A model generated the notes under the pieces. It did no database searches, had not been told where the DNA came from, and saw nothing but the letters and a program-made list of their open reading frames with translations. DNA of 64,000 nucleotides from the human T2T-CHM13v2.0 reference genome, Homo sapiens. Positions 15,432-36,494 of the stretch are shown in pieces. Within the stretch, counting starts at the first letter, position 1. Every line of letters starts with the position of its first letter. The stretch lies in the NCBI RefSeq assembly GCF_009914755.1, contig NC_060938.1; one strand, written 5' to 3'. A program made the position numbers and the translations under genes.

Positions 15432-15975
15432 GTGTAGAGGTAGAAAAAGTATGATATCTCTCCTCTCCCCTCATAAGGGTCTGACACTCCTATAGCAAAA
15501 GACAGGTTAACAAGAGAAAAACATAACAAATTTACTTAAAGTTTTATGTGACTCAGAAACCTTCAGAATGAAGACCCAAAGACCCAGGCAAAACTGTCTA
15601 GATTTATGCTCAGGTTCAGTGAAGGATGGACAGCCATGTAGCAATGTAATTGGACAAAAAGGGTATGAGTTGATAGTAATAGGCTGAGGGAGGAACCCAG
15701 CACGGCCTGTCTGTTTAGATTTTTCTTGGACTCTCTGTATAGGAATTCTCCCTCCCAGCTATACAGCAAGACCCCCTCTGGAATCAGTCTTATGACCTAC
15801 TATCAGACAAGGTAGGTCAGGTAATTTCTTTATGGCCAGCTCCTACACAGAATGGCAGAGGGAAGACTAGAGTAATATTTCTAGATTTTATGGGTGATTT
15901 GGGGAGAGGGGAGCAAGAGACTGGAAGACAGGAGAAGGTCAGAGAGACCTTGGTTCTGGAGGCTACTTCACGGAA
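15432..15975 (-). mobile_element. ERV1 solo LTR (MER31-like)
   Basis: TGTAGAGG...AAGACAGGTTAACAAGAGAAAAAC motifs of MER4-group LTRs; absent from the paralogous blocks. Confidence 0.55.
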
Positions 15976-16191
15976 AGTTAAGCCTGTTGGGGAGAAATGT
16001 CTTACTCCAAGTGCAAAGCTTCCCTCATGACCACTGTTGATGGGGTGGAAGAGTCTGGGGAATTCATTGAAGAGATATCCACATTACTGGATCTAGAGAA
16101 AGAAAATCTTGTCCTGGAGGTGAACAGGAAGAGGGTCCACATCTGTGTCACGTTTTCATCTCAGTGGAGGGAATAAGGAGAAGGAGAGTAG

Positions 16192-16791
<600 letters not shown>

Positions 16792-17085
16792 TAATTTACA
16801 AATAAAACTTGTATATATTTAAGTTTTACAACTTCATGTTTTGATATACAAAAGCACTGTGAGATAATCATCACAATCAAGCTAATTGACATATCTGTCA
16901 TCTCACATAGTTACCATTTTCTTTTCTTTTTCTTTTTTTTCGTGGTGAGAACACTTGTGGTCTATCCTTTTAGTAAATTTCAAATGTGCAATACAAAATT
17001 GCTAACTCTATTCATCTTGCTAAACACTGCATCTCCTGACCCATCTCAGTTTTGAATTGTACTAATAGAATACACATAGTACTAA

Positions 17086-17430
<345 letters not shown>

Positions 17431-17599
17431 ACAAAAAGATATTTTCTAATACTCAGTTCTATCATTAATTTTTTTAGTGTGCTTAACAGATCACTCTACC
17501 ATTACTCTTCCTCAGCTGGAAAGTGAGGGGTTGGTATAAATGTCTTTAGGAGTTCCTTCCAGCTCAGACTATTTAGAAATCCGATACTCTGGAGCATAG

Positions 17600-17615
17600 G
17601 TATGTGTGTATGCAT

Positions 17616-17652
<37 letters not shown>

Positions 17653-17665
17653 CATGTGTGTGTGT
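17600..17665. repeat. (TG)n microsatellite
   Basis: Imperfect TG run; paralogous position to 43352-43392. Confidence 0.93.
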
Positions 17666-19777
17666 AGGAAAAAATGTAAAGGAAATTTGGTTGATATTTT
17701 TGTATTGTTGGTCTATGTATATCTGATTTTCCTAAATCATTATGAATTTAGGCAGAAACAGGCATAATTATCTGAAATAAAATTATTATATACAGATTAC
17801 ATCATTATTTTTAAACTATGAAAAAAAACCACGCTTGTAATCTATCTTATTGTAGAGAAGATATGAGGTCCTGTCATTTAGAACTGTCATTTAATGGAGC
17901 AAGAGAAAACATTAGCGCAAACACTATGGGATGAGCTCAAGCCCCTGAGATCTAGATTAGAGGACTGGTTAATAGCCTGGGAGATAACACTCAGTCAACA
18001 AACAATAATGTAGTCATTCCTCTTCTTGGCTATCTCCCTTCCCTTCACCTACCTGTAGTCTAATAGGTGATCGGGGGCCCAAAACTCATTACATCCAAGA
18101 GGAAGCTTTGTTTGGCAGGTGCTATCTAGCCAAGAAAATCTCAGCATCACTGAACATTTACATACATTGTAATTTTTCACTAAGCATTGGAAAAAAGAAA
18201 GAACCCAACACCACATGGGGGTCGCCATTTCATTCAAGGCATTTTTATTAAGGCTCAAAACAGGACTGTCTTGTAGGTAACCCTCGCTTCTACTGTTTTA
18301 GAGACACCGTAGACTTTCACCTGTGCTCAGGATGCAGGGTGTCCCACCACCAGACTTACTAAGTTTGTGTATTTGTGATATAAGAAACAAAGAATGTTAG
18401 CATTTCCCTGGTAGAAAAGAGAAGATAAGTGCCTTGTTTGAGGTCCCGTGTTGGTGAATAGCAGAGTTTGTGAAGTGAAACTCTAATCTTTTTTTAAGTC
18501 CATTACTTTAGATGGACAACCAAGCTTGTTCCTCTTAAGGGAAGGATGTGAGCCAAATAGGAGATTCAAAGAGATGGAGTAAGGGATGATGCTCCATGAA
18601 GGAAAATATCTGGTTTCAAAGGAAGAGCATGTCTTGACAGGGTAAGAGACCAAGAATCCCTTTGAAGAAAAGGTACCATTTACTAAAAAATATCAGTCAT
18701 AGTGACTATAGTTGAGAAATAAATGAACGCTCACAAATTGAGAAATGTAGGCAAGTAGGCTATTGACTTCGGCAAGCCCGACTCTCTATCTCAGGGTTTC
18801 CCAGACATCAGGCATCCCTGGACCATGCCCCCATTCCATTTGTACTATTGACTAATATTATCTGTTTTATTCACTCTTGCATTTATACAACATGGTCCTA
18901 AGCAATAATATGCATAACATTATGGACTAATGTGTTAATTATTCACTCCCATTAAAAGAAATGCATAACAGTGAACAATTTTTACTATTTACATGTACTT
19001 TCTAACATCAGTAACTTCACTTTCCACCTGTTGTACATATTTCATAATTTTGTGTTCAGTTTCATCTATGGCTGTAAATTAAACAATTCTACCTTGGAAA
19101 ATATTTTCACAGAAGAATAAAGGATCCAAGGACAGTAGAAAAAAATGAAGCTCAAGGTCAATGATTTGGCCAAGTTCATCAAATTCTGTATAAAAGAGAC
19201 TAAATCATGCAAGTACTGCATTTTTATCATGAAAAGGTGCTCTAACTGTTTGCTAAGACAGTTCCTCAAATTTACCACCAAATTGATGGAAAACCTAGTT
19301 TTCATGATGATCTAGTTCCCTTTGTTCTGACTTCACAACTAAATGCAAGATGTTAAAACGTGATTTCTTCTATCTCAGATTGGGAAGGGTCCCTGAGAAA
19401 CAGCGGCCCTGTCAAAATGACTTGCTGTCCACCTAAGCAGCACTTGATCAAAAGGAGACAAAAACCTGAGCTCTAGTTCTAATGCCTTCACTATGGGAAA
19501 TAAGGAAAGGAAACAAGCATACTGTCTCATCGTAAATACCACAGAGAAGATAGCGCAGTAATGGAAACTACGCTAACACCTTGATGTATAAGACTGATCG
19601 TCCTCATCAAGACTTTTTTTTCCTTTTGCAATGTTTTATGCTACATATTTCATTATTTCATACATACACACACACACAAATTACCACATTAAACTTCCCC
19701 TACAAACCAATGTATGTGTTGTTGTATTTTACAGGTTATAAAACAGAGGCATAGCAAGGATGAATAACCGTCCAACT

Positions 19778-20426
19778 CTTTTGTTGTTGTTGTTGTTTCT
19801 TTTTAAAGAGACAGGATCTTACTCTGTCTCCCAGGCTGGAGGGCAGTGGCGCAGTATCGGCTAACTGCAGACTCTGACTCCCAGGTTCAAGTGATCCTCC
19901 TACCTCAGCCTCCTGAGTAGTTGGGATTACAGGTGCACTCCACCATGCCTGGTTAATTTGTGTGTGTGTCTGTGTGTGTGTGTGTTTTGTTTGTTTGTTT
20001 GTTTGTTTGTTTTGAGATGGAGTCTCACTCTGTCACCCAGGCTGGAGTGCAGGTGATCTCGGCTCACTGCAACCTCTGCCTCCTGAGTTCAAGCGATTCT
20101 CCTGCCTCAGCCACCCGAGTAGCTGGGACTATAGGCCCGTGCCACCACGCCTGGCTAATTTTTTGTATTTTTAGTAGAGACAGGGTTTCAACATGTTAGC
20201 CAGGATGGTCTCGATCTCCTGACCTCATGATCCGCCCACCTCAGCCTCCCAAAGTGCTGAGATTACAGGCATGAGCCACCGCGCCCGACCTAATTTTTGT
20301 GGTTTTGGTAGAGGCAGGATTTCTCCATGTTGGCCAGGCAGGTCTCAAACTCCTCGCCTGAAGTGACCCCTCTACCTTGGCCTCCGAAAGTGCTGGGATT
20401 ACAGGCATGAGTCACAGCACCTGGCC
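19778..20426 (-). mobile_element. Nested Alus: younger Alu (~19958-20290) inside the linker of an older Alu
   Basis: Right arm, then a complete Alu, then the left arm of the outer element; taattt(t)tgtg at both junctions. Confidence 0.85.
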
Positions 20427-20619
20427 CTGTACAACTCTTATAGTAAGAGCCTCAAATAGAAAATGTCAGAGCTGGTATCTGGACAAGACTATACAAAATC
20501 TATACCCGACATCGCTGTAACACAAAACTTATATAACAACTTCATTTAAAGAGACACTAACCTATATAATAATTCATTTTGTGTGAGCTCTGAAATCTTA
20601 GCAAATGCATCTGTGTGCT

Positions 20620-21202
<583 letters not shown>

Positions 21203-21203
<1 letters not shown>

Positions 21204-21234
21204 AAAGAGAAAGAAAGAAAGAAGGAAAGAATGA

Positions 21235-21285
<51 letters not shown>

Positions 21286-21324
21286 GAAGGAAGGAAGGAA
21301 GGAAGGAAGGAAGGAAGGAAGGAA

Positions 21325-21358
<34 letters not shown>

Positions 21359-21381
21359 AAAAGAAAAAGAAAGAAAGAAAG
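21203..21381 (+). repeat. Compound (GAAA)n(GAAG)n(GAAA)n polypurine microsatellite (Alu tail)
   Basis: About 180 bp, almost pure purine. Confidence 0.97.
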
Positions 21382-21795
21382 ATTTTAAAAATATGCAATG
21401 GGACACGAATGCAATTTTCCAGTTTCTTAGGAAACACACTTTATTTCATCCCTCCTAAGACACACCTCTCCATAATTCCATCGGGGCTCTATTCCCATTT
21501 CTTCCCTTTCCAGAGAAGTAAAGGACTTGTTATAGTTGAGGAAAAAGGAGAAGGCTTACTTCTTTCCTCTTTCATGCCAGAAACTTAATCGAAGGGGTCA
21601 GATCTACTTATTCAATGGCTTTCAGAGGAGACATGCAGGAGGCCCCACATAAGAGGGAAGGCCTAGGGCCACCTTTCTGAGGTTTAAGAGACCAGGAAGA
21701 GCTCAGTACACCAAATATCTTTAGAAATTAGGTAAGTAAAATATTACTCAATTTGGTGCAATTTAACCTGCACCATATTATTATGACAATCTTGT

Positions 21796-21841
21796 ATTAC
21801 TTTTAATGGCAAAAATTGCAATTACTTTGGCACCAACCTAA
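21796..21841. mobile_element. Partial MADE1 (Hsmar1-derived MITE)
   Basis: ATTACTTTTAATGGCAAAAATTGCAATTACTTTGGCACCAACCTAA matches one half of MADE1; absent from the paralogue at about 48800. Confidence 0.8.
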
Positions 21842-22494
21842 TAAATAGTGTGCATTGTCTTTCCCATAGATAGCCACTGCTGCATTAGGGAAATCTGTGT
21901 GCAGGAAGGTATCTATGGTTTGGTACCTCCCTGTCAGCAGGTTAAGAGCAAATATTGCAAGGGTACCCTGGGGCTGAAGAAATTGCAAGTGTTAAACATT
22001 ATATTTTTGCACATAAATGCTATGCAAAAAGTCATTGATCAATGCAGTGTACTCAACAGTGGTTTTTACCATAAATGGAGAAGTCTTTGTCTGGGACAAT
22101 ATTTTACAATGTTCATCGGTTTCCAAAAAATGACTTAATACTGGGGCATAATTCTGACTATTCCTCTGAGTGGAAGTGTGCATTGGGTCTGAAAATGTGT
22201 CGTTAAATTAGGCTGCAAGACAAGTTATGCTAATAAAGAACCCGGGAGAAGTGGCTTGTGTCTGTTCAAGACAAAATCATGCTGAAGTCACAGAGAATTT
22301 TGTTTACCGTTGGTTTATACTTTATTATTCCTGCTTCATATAAAACAGTCTTCTCCCAAAGCTCGTAAATATCAAAGTAGATCTTTTCTAAAGTTCTGCA
22401 GGCAAATGAAAGTAGTTGGAAATGTACACAGGAAATCTACACAAGGGAGAATCAGAAAAATCTTATGAGCATGTTCTCAATACAATTTTAGTGA

Positions 22495-22782
<288 letters not shown>

Positions 22783-24719
22783 CCACAATTTTAAAGGATG
22801 AATATGGTTGCAAATTGGGCAGGTTATGTATGGTCTGAGTTATTTCTTAAGACACTGCAACAAGTCTGATGCGTCATAAGCACAGATGTCTCCAGAAGCC
22901 AGGCAGGTGTCATTACTGAACAGACAGGATGAAAGTCAGGAGGCAGAGATGGAGTCAGAGAACAGCCCCGAGCTAGAGCCCCTTCCACAGAGGCAGCTTT
23001 ACCCAGCTCTAATTGATACCACACAGCAACGGAGACACAGTGCACCAACCAACATCATGTGATTTTTAAAGATAAGACAGTAATGAAAACTTTTAGTGAA
23101 CTATTCCAATGTCAAACTTTACCTTCCAAACCAAACATTATAAATAGCACTGTATATGCTGAAAAGAGGCACTGTTTAGCCAAGTACCTGCCCTGGGGCT
23201 GCAGTCTATGTCTTTTGCCTCATACTATAGACACTTGAGTGCAAGTCTTTCTACCCAGTGTGTCTGTCAGCATCACAGAGCGGATACTCTACGTATCATT
23301 CACCTTTACATTCTCATCACCTGCAAAAATGATCTCCACACAATATACATGAAAAAAGAATTTGCTTCATGATAAAGCTGCTAATGAATGTCGGCCAGAA
23401 GAGGACTTCAAGGCAGAGCAATATTAGCTGCGCATTGAGTCCTCACTGGGTCACCATTGTGTCCACATTTACCTAAGGACTCCAGTGATAAAATTATTGC
23501 ATTTCTAAATGACAGGAAAATTGGATGGTAGTAAAAATTATGTAGATTAACTGTTGGAAGGTATATTATATCATTTAAGGGTCTAATATCAATTTTCTAA
23601 TCTGAAAGCTAGACCAGATTTAACATCTCTTAGTACTCAGGTCTTACCACTGCAATTCACTTCCCACCTCTGTACAATTTCCCCACATCATCCCCTGTGC
23701 CCAGAATGCTCATCTCTTCCCTAAAGTCCCTGAAAACTCCCTGCTTATCTTTTAGGGCCCTGCTGAAATCAAACTTTTTTTTTTGAAGTCTTCCTTGTCC
23801 CTCAAGCCAAGTGATTTCCTTCACCCTCGGCGTCCCCATGAAACCATGTTCACACAAGTGTAATACAATTATGTGTCTACAATTACTTTCCTGTATGTCT
23901 CTGAGGGCCAAGAATAAATGTATGCTTTGTGTATCAAACTGTACACTTGACCTCTATACTTTCAGGAATACAGTGCTCTGTCCTTAAATGTTCATTTGTA
24001 AATACAGAACCATTTTCTTGTTAATATCACAAAATGAAACTTACCAGGAAGATGAATGACAACCCCAGAACACAGTGTTTTGTAGAAAATACCATAGGCT
24101 GAAAAGATCACAGGAATACCGAGTGCTAGGTTGGAATCTTTCATGACACCAAATGTTCATTCATTCTCTGCCAGACTTTACAACTGTCCTCGGTGTGTTT
24201 TTAGGTTGTGTAACTTTACACAAAGTGGAAGCAATAATCAGGGCAAGACTTAAGAGAAAGTGGATCCAATGCAAGAGGAGCAAAGGAAAAAATCCCTCAA
24301 GTATGTGTAGCAGATTGTTTTAATTATCTACAGAATCTTGTGCCCTAAGAAATTAATAGCTCAAGTTTCCAGCAAGAGTGGTGGATGAGATGGAGAGCAT
24401 TTGTGTGAGAGAGAACCAAGGATATTACTAAAAATGAAAGGGAAGCTGGGTTTCTCCTGGGCAAACAGCCCTCAGTGGCTCTATTTGTTCTAACTACTAT
24501 GCCTGCCTTCATGTACTTTGGTCATTTAGTGGCCTGCCAGAGGACAGTTATAAAATCTGTGGTCATTCTGCAGGCAGCATATAGTTTTCATCCAGAGTTT
24601 GGATCTAACCAGCAAAACTCTGTCTTACACAGGATGACTTGGAATTAGAGTCCTTATAGCAGAAAGAGCAGCAGGGCTGTCCTTGGGTATCCGTTGCTCA
24701 GCCAAGTCATCAAATAAAA

Positions 24720-24921
24720 AGGATGATTGCACAAGTGGACTATGTACCAATCTGTGGGTTTCTGCATGGCCAAGAGCCAGACCCTCCCTCTGGGCTCTGC
24801 TGGCCCAACCCACCAAGGGATGCTTTATTTAAACAGTTCCAAGTAGGGGAGACCAGCTGCCCCTGAACCCCAGAACAACCAGCTGGATCAGTTCTCACAG
24901 GAGCTACAGCGCGGAGACTGG
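24720..24921 (+). promoter_or_regulatory. RNASE2: RNASE2 proximal promoter and non-coding exon 1
   Basis: C/EBP-type ATTGCACAA 24726-24734, CCAAT 24747-24751, TATA-like TTTATTTAAA about 24824-24833, donor TGG|GTAAGT at 24921/24922. Confidence 0.82.
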
Positions 24922-25642
<721 letters not shown>

Positions 25643-25799
25643 GCTCCTGTATCAGCACTCCTCATCATCACTCATCTGCCAAGCTCCTCAATCATAGCCA
25701 AGATCCCATCTCTCCATATACTTTGGGTATCAGCATCTGTCCTCATCAGTCTCCATACCCCTTCAGCTTTCCTGAGCTGAAGTGCCTTGTGAACCCTGC

Positions 25800-25805
25800 A
25801 ATAAA
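25800..25805 (+). terminator. RNASE2: RNASE2 polyadenylation signal
   Basis: AATAAA about 160 nt after the stop, followed by a GT-rich element (gtgtctgtgtgtct). Confidence 0.88.
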
Positions 25806-26055
25806 CTGCTTTGCAAATTCATCTGAAAGTGTCTGTGTGTCTTCATTAGCCGCTCTGCTGTCATTTAGTGACAATCTACTCTAGAGATTTTTCTTCCTCT
25901 AACCTGAGACTTCCGGGAAACAGAGAGATTTGAAGATAAGAGACGCTTTCTGTCATGAAACAGCACAGTCTTATCCCTCTCCCTGCTTTAGGCTGAGAAG
26001 CTGAGGTCTCAACCGATATCTAGCAACTGTCGAAGACTCTTGCTTTGATCAAGCT

Positions 26056-26850
<795 letters not shown>

Positions 26851-27906
26851 AGTGAAAAAGCTGAAAATGCACATGTTTCATTATGATTTATGAATGATAA
26901 ATTTTGATAGGATTGAATGTTACAATAGAAAACACAAAAACAGAAAGTAGAAAAAGTGAAGAATGCTATAAACATGGTGAAACCAAGATAAAAATAAGTT
27001 TAGCCTCAGAGATATTCCTTTTAAATGAGCACATCAAATCTCCAGCTATTAGCAATTGTACTAGAGGTACAACCAGGGTTTGAGTCAAATGTGCAATTAG
27101 ATAAATTGTTCAGACAGCAATATGGACAGATTGTAATGCTGCCTGGAGGAGAGGTGGACATCTTTCCCAAAACTTCCATACTGGGATACTCATAATCAAT
27201 CCCTAATGACTAATAACCAATTTTTGATAATAATAAACTACATAATCAAATATTATACACAAATTCATTGATAGTGTTTTCTGCCAGCCTGTAAGTGCCA
27301 CACCTAAAAAACTTCAAACTTTAGTGTAGTTCCCATTCGGATCACCTGGGGGAATTTTTGCACTATGGATTCGTGGGCTCCATTCCGGATATACTCACAC
27401 AGAACATCTGCACATGGAGCTCAGGATTCTGCATTTTCAAGCATTTCCTCAAGTGGTTCTGAAACAACCTGTCTCCAGCCCAACTTTGAGATCCATTTTT
27501 TACCAAACTCTGGCTTCAGAAGTCTTCAAGTACATCAGAAGTAATCTCGGTGTGGGGAAATTCCAAAGCACAGGAAGCGATGATACCATTTGCATTATTA
27601 CCCAGACAATTTTAGCCACACACACCTATTATCCAGCATTTATGTCTTGATTTGAGGCTTCTATTCAGTTGACCCTATTGATATCCAAGTGTACACAACT
27701 GACCTGTCAGGCTATAGCAACACTCTTCACTTATATGTAGGGAGAATTTGTACAGGGCTTAGCCGAAGTTCATCATGGGGTATGAATTGACTTGGTCTCA
27801 TTGCTGTAACCCTTGGGTTCAGAAGACACTGAACAAACGCTTAAGAAACTGTTTTAGGTTAATGCATGAGGAGATATTTAACGCCTCAGATAGCCAAAGA
27901 ATCATG

Positions 27907-32922
<5,016 letters not shown>

Positions 32923-32964
32923 AGAATCAAAGGAACTGGTTTGAACAGTCAAAAGACAGTTGTT

Positions 32965-33277
32965 GCCGGCTTCTGTAGTCTAAGCCACTGAGGAGGCAGA
33001 GGCAGGATGATCACTTGAGCCCAGGAGATGTGGGCTATAAGTGCGCTTAAGCCGATGGGGGTGTTCATATTAAGTTAAGCATCAATATGGTGACCTCCTA
33101 GCAGGAAGGGACAACCAGGTGGCCTAAGAAGAGTTGAACCAGCCCAAATCAGAAACAGAGCAGGTCAAATCTTCTGTGCTAATCAGTAGTGGGATCATGC
33201 CTATGAATAGCCACTGCACTCCGGCCTGGACAAGATAGTGAGACTCCATCTCTAAAGATCAAAACAAAACAAAAACC
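32965..33277 (+). pseudogene. 7SL (SRP) RNA processed pseudogene
   Basis: Alu-domain ends enclose the S domain (gcatcaatatggtgacctcc...gagcaggtcaaa...atcagtagtgggatc); A-rich tail; TSD-like acagttgttgcc/acagctactgcc. Confidence 0.9.
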
Positions 33278-33582
33278 ACAGCTACTGCCAAACAATTTAT
33301 AAAAGATACACTGAAGGATTAACCAAGATCCCAAAAGATAATGGTGTTTTACAAGCGGCAGGAAAATGCCATTAGTAGACTGAATCTATCGTATAATTTC
33401 TCACTATTCTCTGGGATTGCTCACTCAACTTGCTTTGGCTCCACGTAGTATCAGCTGCACTGGCTACAGCAAGTGTAATCTAGGCTAGAGATTTCAAGAG
33501 AACCTCATTCCATGTCTAGTTGATCTGCTGAGATGACCAGAACACTGGGGCCTCCATCTACTCTATCTTCACCATCCAGAGC

Positions 33583-34320
33583 CTGTGCTTAGACTCTTCT
33601 GCAGCTATAACAGAATACTTGAAACTTGGTGATTTAAAAAGAAAAGAGGTTTATTTGACTCAGGTTGCTGGAGGCTTGTAAGTTCAAGCAGCACAGCACC
33701 AGCATTTGCTTGGCTTCTGGTGAGGACCTCCTGTTGCGTCACAACATGGCAAAGAAGTGGAAGGGGTAGCAAACAAGCTGGAAAAGGGATGAAACAAAAG
33801 ACATAACCTGGCTTTATAACAACTCTTTCTCAGCCCGGGTGCAGAGGCTCATGCGTGTAATCCCAGCACTTTGGAAGCCCAGGAGTTCCAGATCAGCCTG
33901 GTTAACATGGTGAAACCCCACCTCTGCCCCCAGAAAAACAAAAATTAGCCAAGCATGGTGGCACATGTCTATAGTCCCAGCTACTTGAGAGGCTGAGGTG
34001 GGAAGATCATTTGAGTCTAAGAGGCAGAGGTTGTAGTGCGGAGGGATCGTGCCACTGCACTCCAGCATGGAGACAGAGTGAGACCCTGTCTCAAAACAAA
34101 CAAACAAACAAACAAACAAAAAAACTCCTTCTCATAGTAACTAATCCATTACTAGGAAAACTAACCCAGTCTTCCAAAAATGCATTCATTCGTTTATGAG
34201 AGTGGAGCTCCCATGACCCAAATATTTCTTAAAAGATCCACTACCTCTCTATACTGTTAAAATTGTAATTAAATTTCAACATGAGTTTTAGCAGGAATAA
34301 ACCACATCCAAACCATACCA
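33583..34320 (-). mobile_element. MLT1A-like MaLR LTR with a plus-strand Alu (33832-34124) inside
   Basis: gctataacagaatacttgaaactt...catccaaaccatacca are MaLR termini; the Alu interrupts them. Confidence 0.7.
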
Positions 34321-35100
34321 ACCTCTCCCTCTATGTGGTCTCTCCAGTAACAGAGCCCAGTCTTCCTTTACATGCTGCTCAAGGCTCCAAGGCAGCTTGG
34401 AATAGTCCAAGCAGCAGCAAGGACTATACTTAGGGGTGTACATGGTCACCCTTTACTGAAGTCAAAGTAACCCCAAAGTCTTTGGGTCCGAGTAAGTCAC
34501 AAAGTCAAGCCAGGGTCACTGTAACAAGGGAATCACAGAAAGGGATGGATGATAGGAGGCATTAATGATTGGGGCCATTCTGTAATAATTTGCAACAAAC
34601 TAAGTCAACTTCATGGACGTGTGAACAGTGAAGTCACACGGGACGGAGCCCATGCTTGATTTAATGTTTCAATGTCATCATTTGAAATTTCTAAACACTT
34701 TTTGAAGAAGAGAACCCACATTTTCATTCTGCACTAGGTCCAACCAATTGTTTAGCATGTCTGACCACGGATATGTTATTATGCATTACCCTAGGTGCAC
34801 CCCACCCCTACATTATGGGTCCTTCTCAACACAGGCTCTATTCATGGTTCTCTTGTCAATGAAGGATGGATGTAGCATAGGGCAAGAATACTGATTCTGG
34901 CTGCAGGAACCTGGAGGCCAGCCTGCTTGAGTTCAACTCTTGTCACTGAAGACTCCACCCTCACTTTTTTGATCCCAGTCAAGCAGGAGATTCCTATTGA
35001 CAGATGCTCTGAACCACCTGATGTTACAAGTTATAACAGGGCTGACTCATCATATAGAAAATATATTAAAATCAAAGCCATGATTGACAAAGGGAGCATA

Positions 35101-35533
<433 letters not shown>

Positions 35534-35858
35534 CTAAAGGCAAACGCATAGGCAAGATTCACTGAGTTGGACACAAGAATGAGGCATCAGTGATCATCAC
35601 ATAGGCTTAGTTTCTTCTAAGGCATCTTAACAGACAACACAGAAAATCCTCACTCAATATGACCTTATGGGACTGCTCAGTACAAGAGCCCCATTCTGAG
35701 ATTCTGAGGAATCATTCTGGGTCATTGATTGAGGGACCAAATGTAGATGTTTTGACATGACAAATCAGCTCCAACCAACATCCCCTTCCCACTGCCTAGG
35801 ATATTAGCCTGATACTGGGACAATCTGTCACAAAGTCAAAGCACAGCAGTAGCTGCAG

Positions 35859-36028
35859 GGTGAGTAAGAACTCTGTTTCATCAGGGGACAAACCCCATCT
35901 CATCCACACACCCTGACCCTCCACCCAGTATTCTTTAGGATCAGGTGAGTAAGAACTCTGTTTCAGTGGGGGACAAACCCCATCTCATCCACACACCCCC
36001 ACCCTCCACCCAGTGTTCTTTAGGATCA
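35859..36028 (+). repeat. 85-bp tandem duplication (2 copies)
   Basis: 35859-35943 and 35944-36028, both GGTGAGTAAGAACTCTGTTTCA...TTCTTTAGGATCA. Confidence 0.95.
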
Positions 36029-36494
36029 CTTTACCACCTGAAAGTTTCTAAGAACCATAAAAAACCTTTGTTTATGTTGATTATTCATATTTACTTATCT
36101 CATTAGAAATTAGAACTATTTTTTAAATAACTATTAATCATAAACCAGTTAATACAATTATTACGTGTAAATATAAAGATCATACTTTTTGAAAAGTAAC
36201 TCTGTTTTTTAAAACAAAAAAAATTAAAAGGAATGGCATTGTTTTACATTTTCAAAATTTCTTTAATGTCTGAGTCTATGTAGACATCTGGACACTCATG
36301 TCTGCCTGGCGTTCAGTCTGTTACACTATGTCGTTTTGCTGAATTGTATAAAGAGAATCTAGCCTCACACAAATGGGTGGTTAGGAAGGAAGCACCCCAT
36401 GGATACCCCAAAAAGGGTTTGAAGACCACCAGCATTCTTGGGCCACACTTGACCTAATCAGAGCATTCATCCCATTTCAGAGGTCCTGGTGGGT

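Noticed and set aside
32965-33277. Functional 7SL RNA gene
   Set aside because: 5' end truncated, many substitutions, A-tail and TSD-like flanks indicate a retrocopy.
35859-36028. CRISPR-like or other prokaryotic repeat array
   Set aside because: Only two adjacent copies with no spacers, in clearly primate genomic DNA; no such array anywhere in the window.
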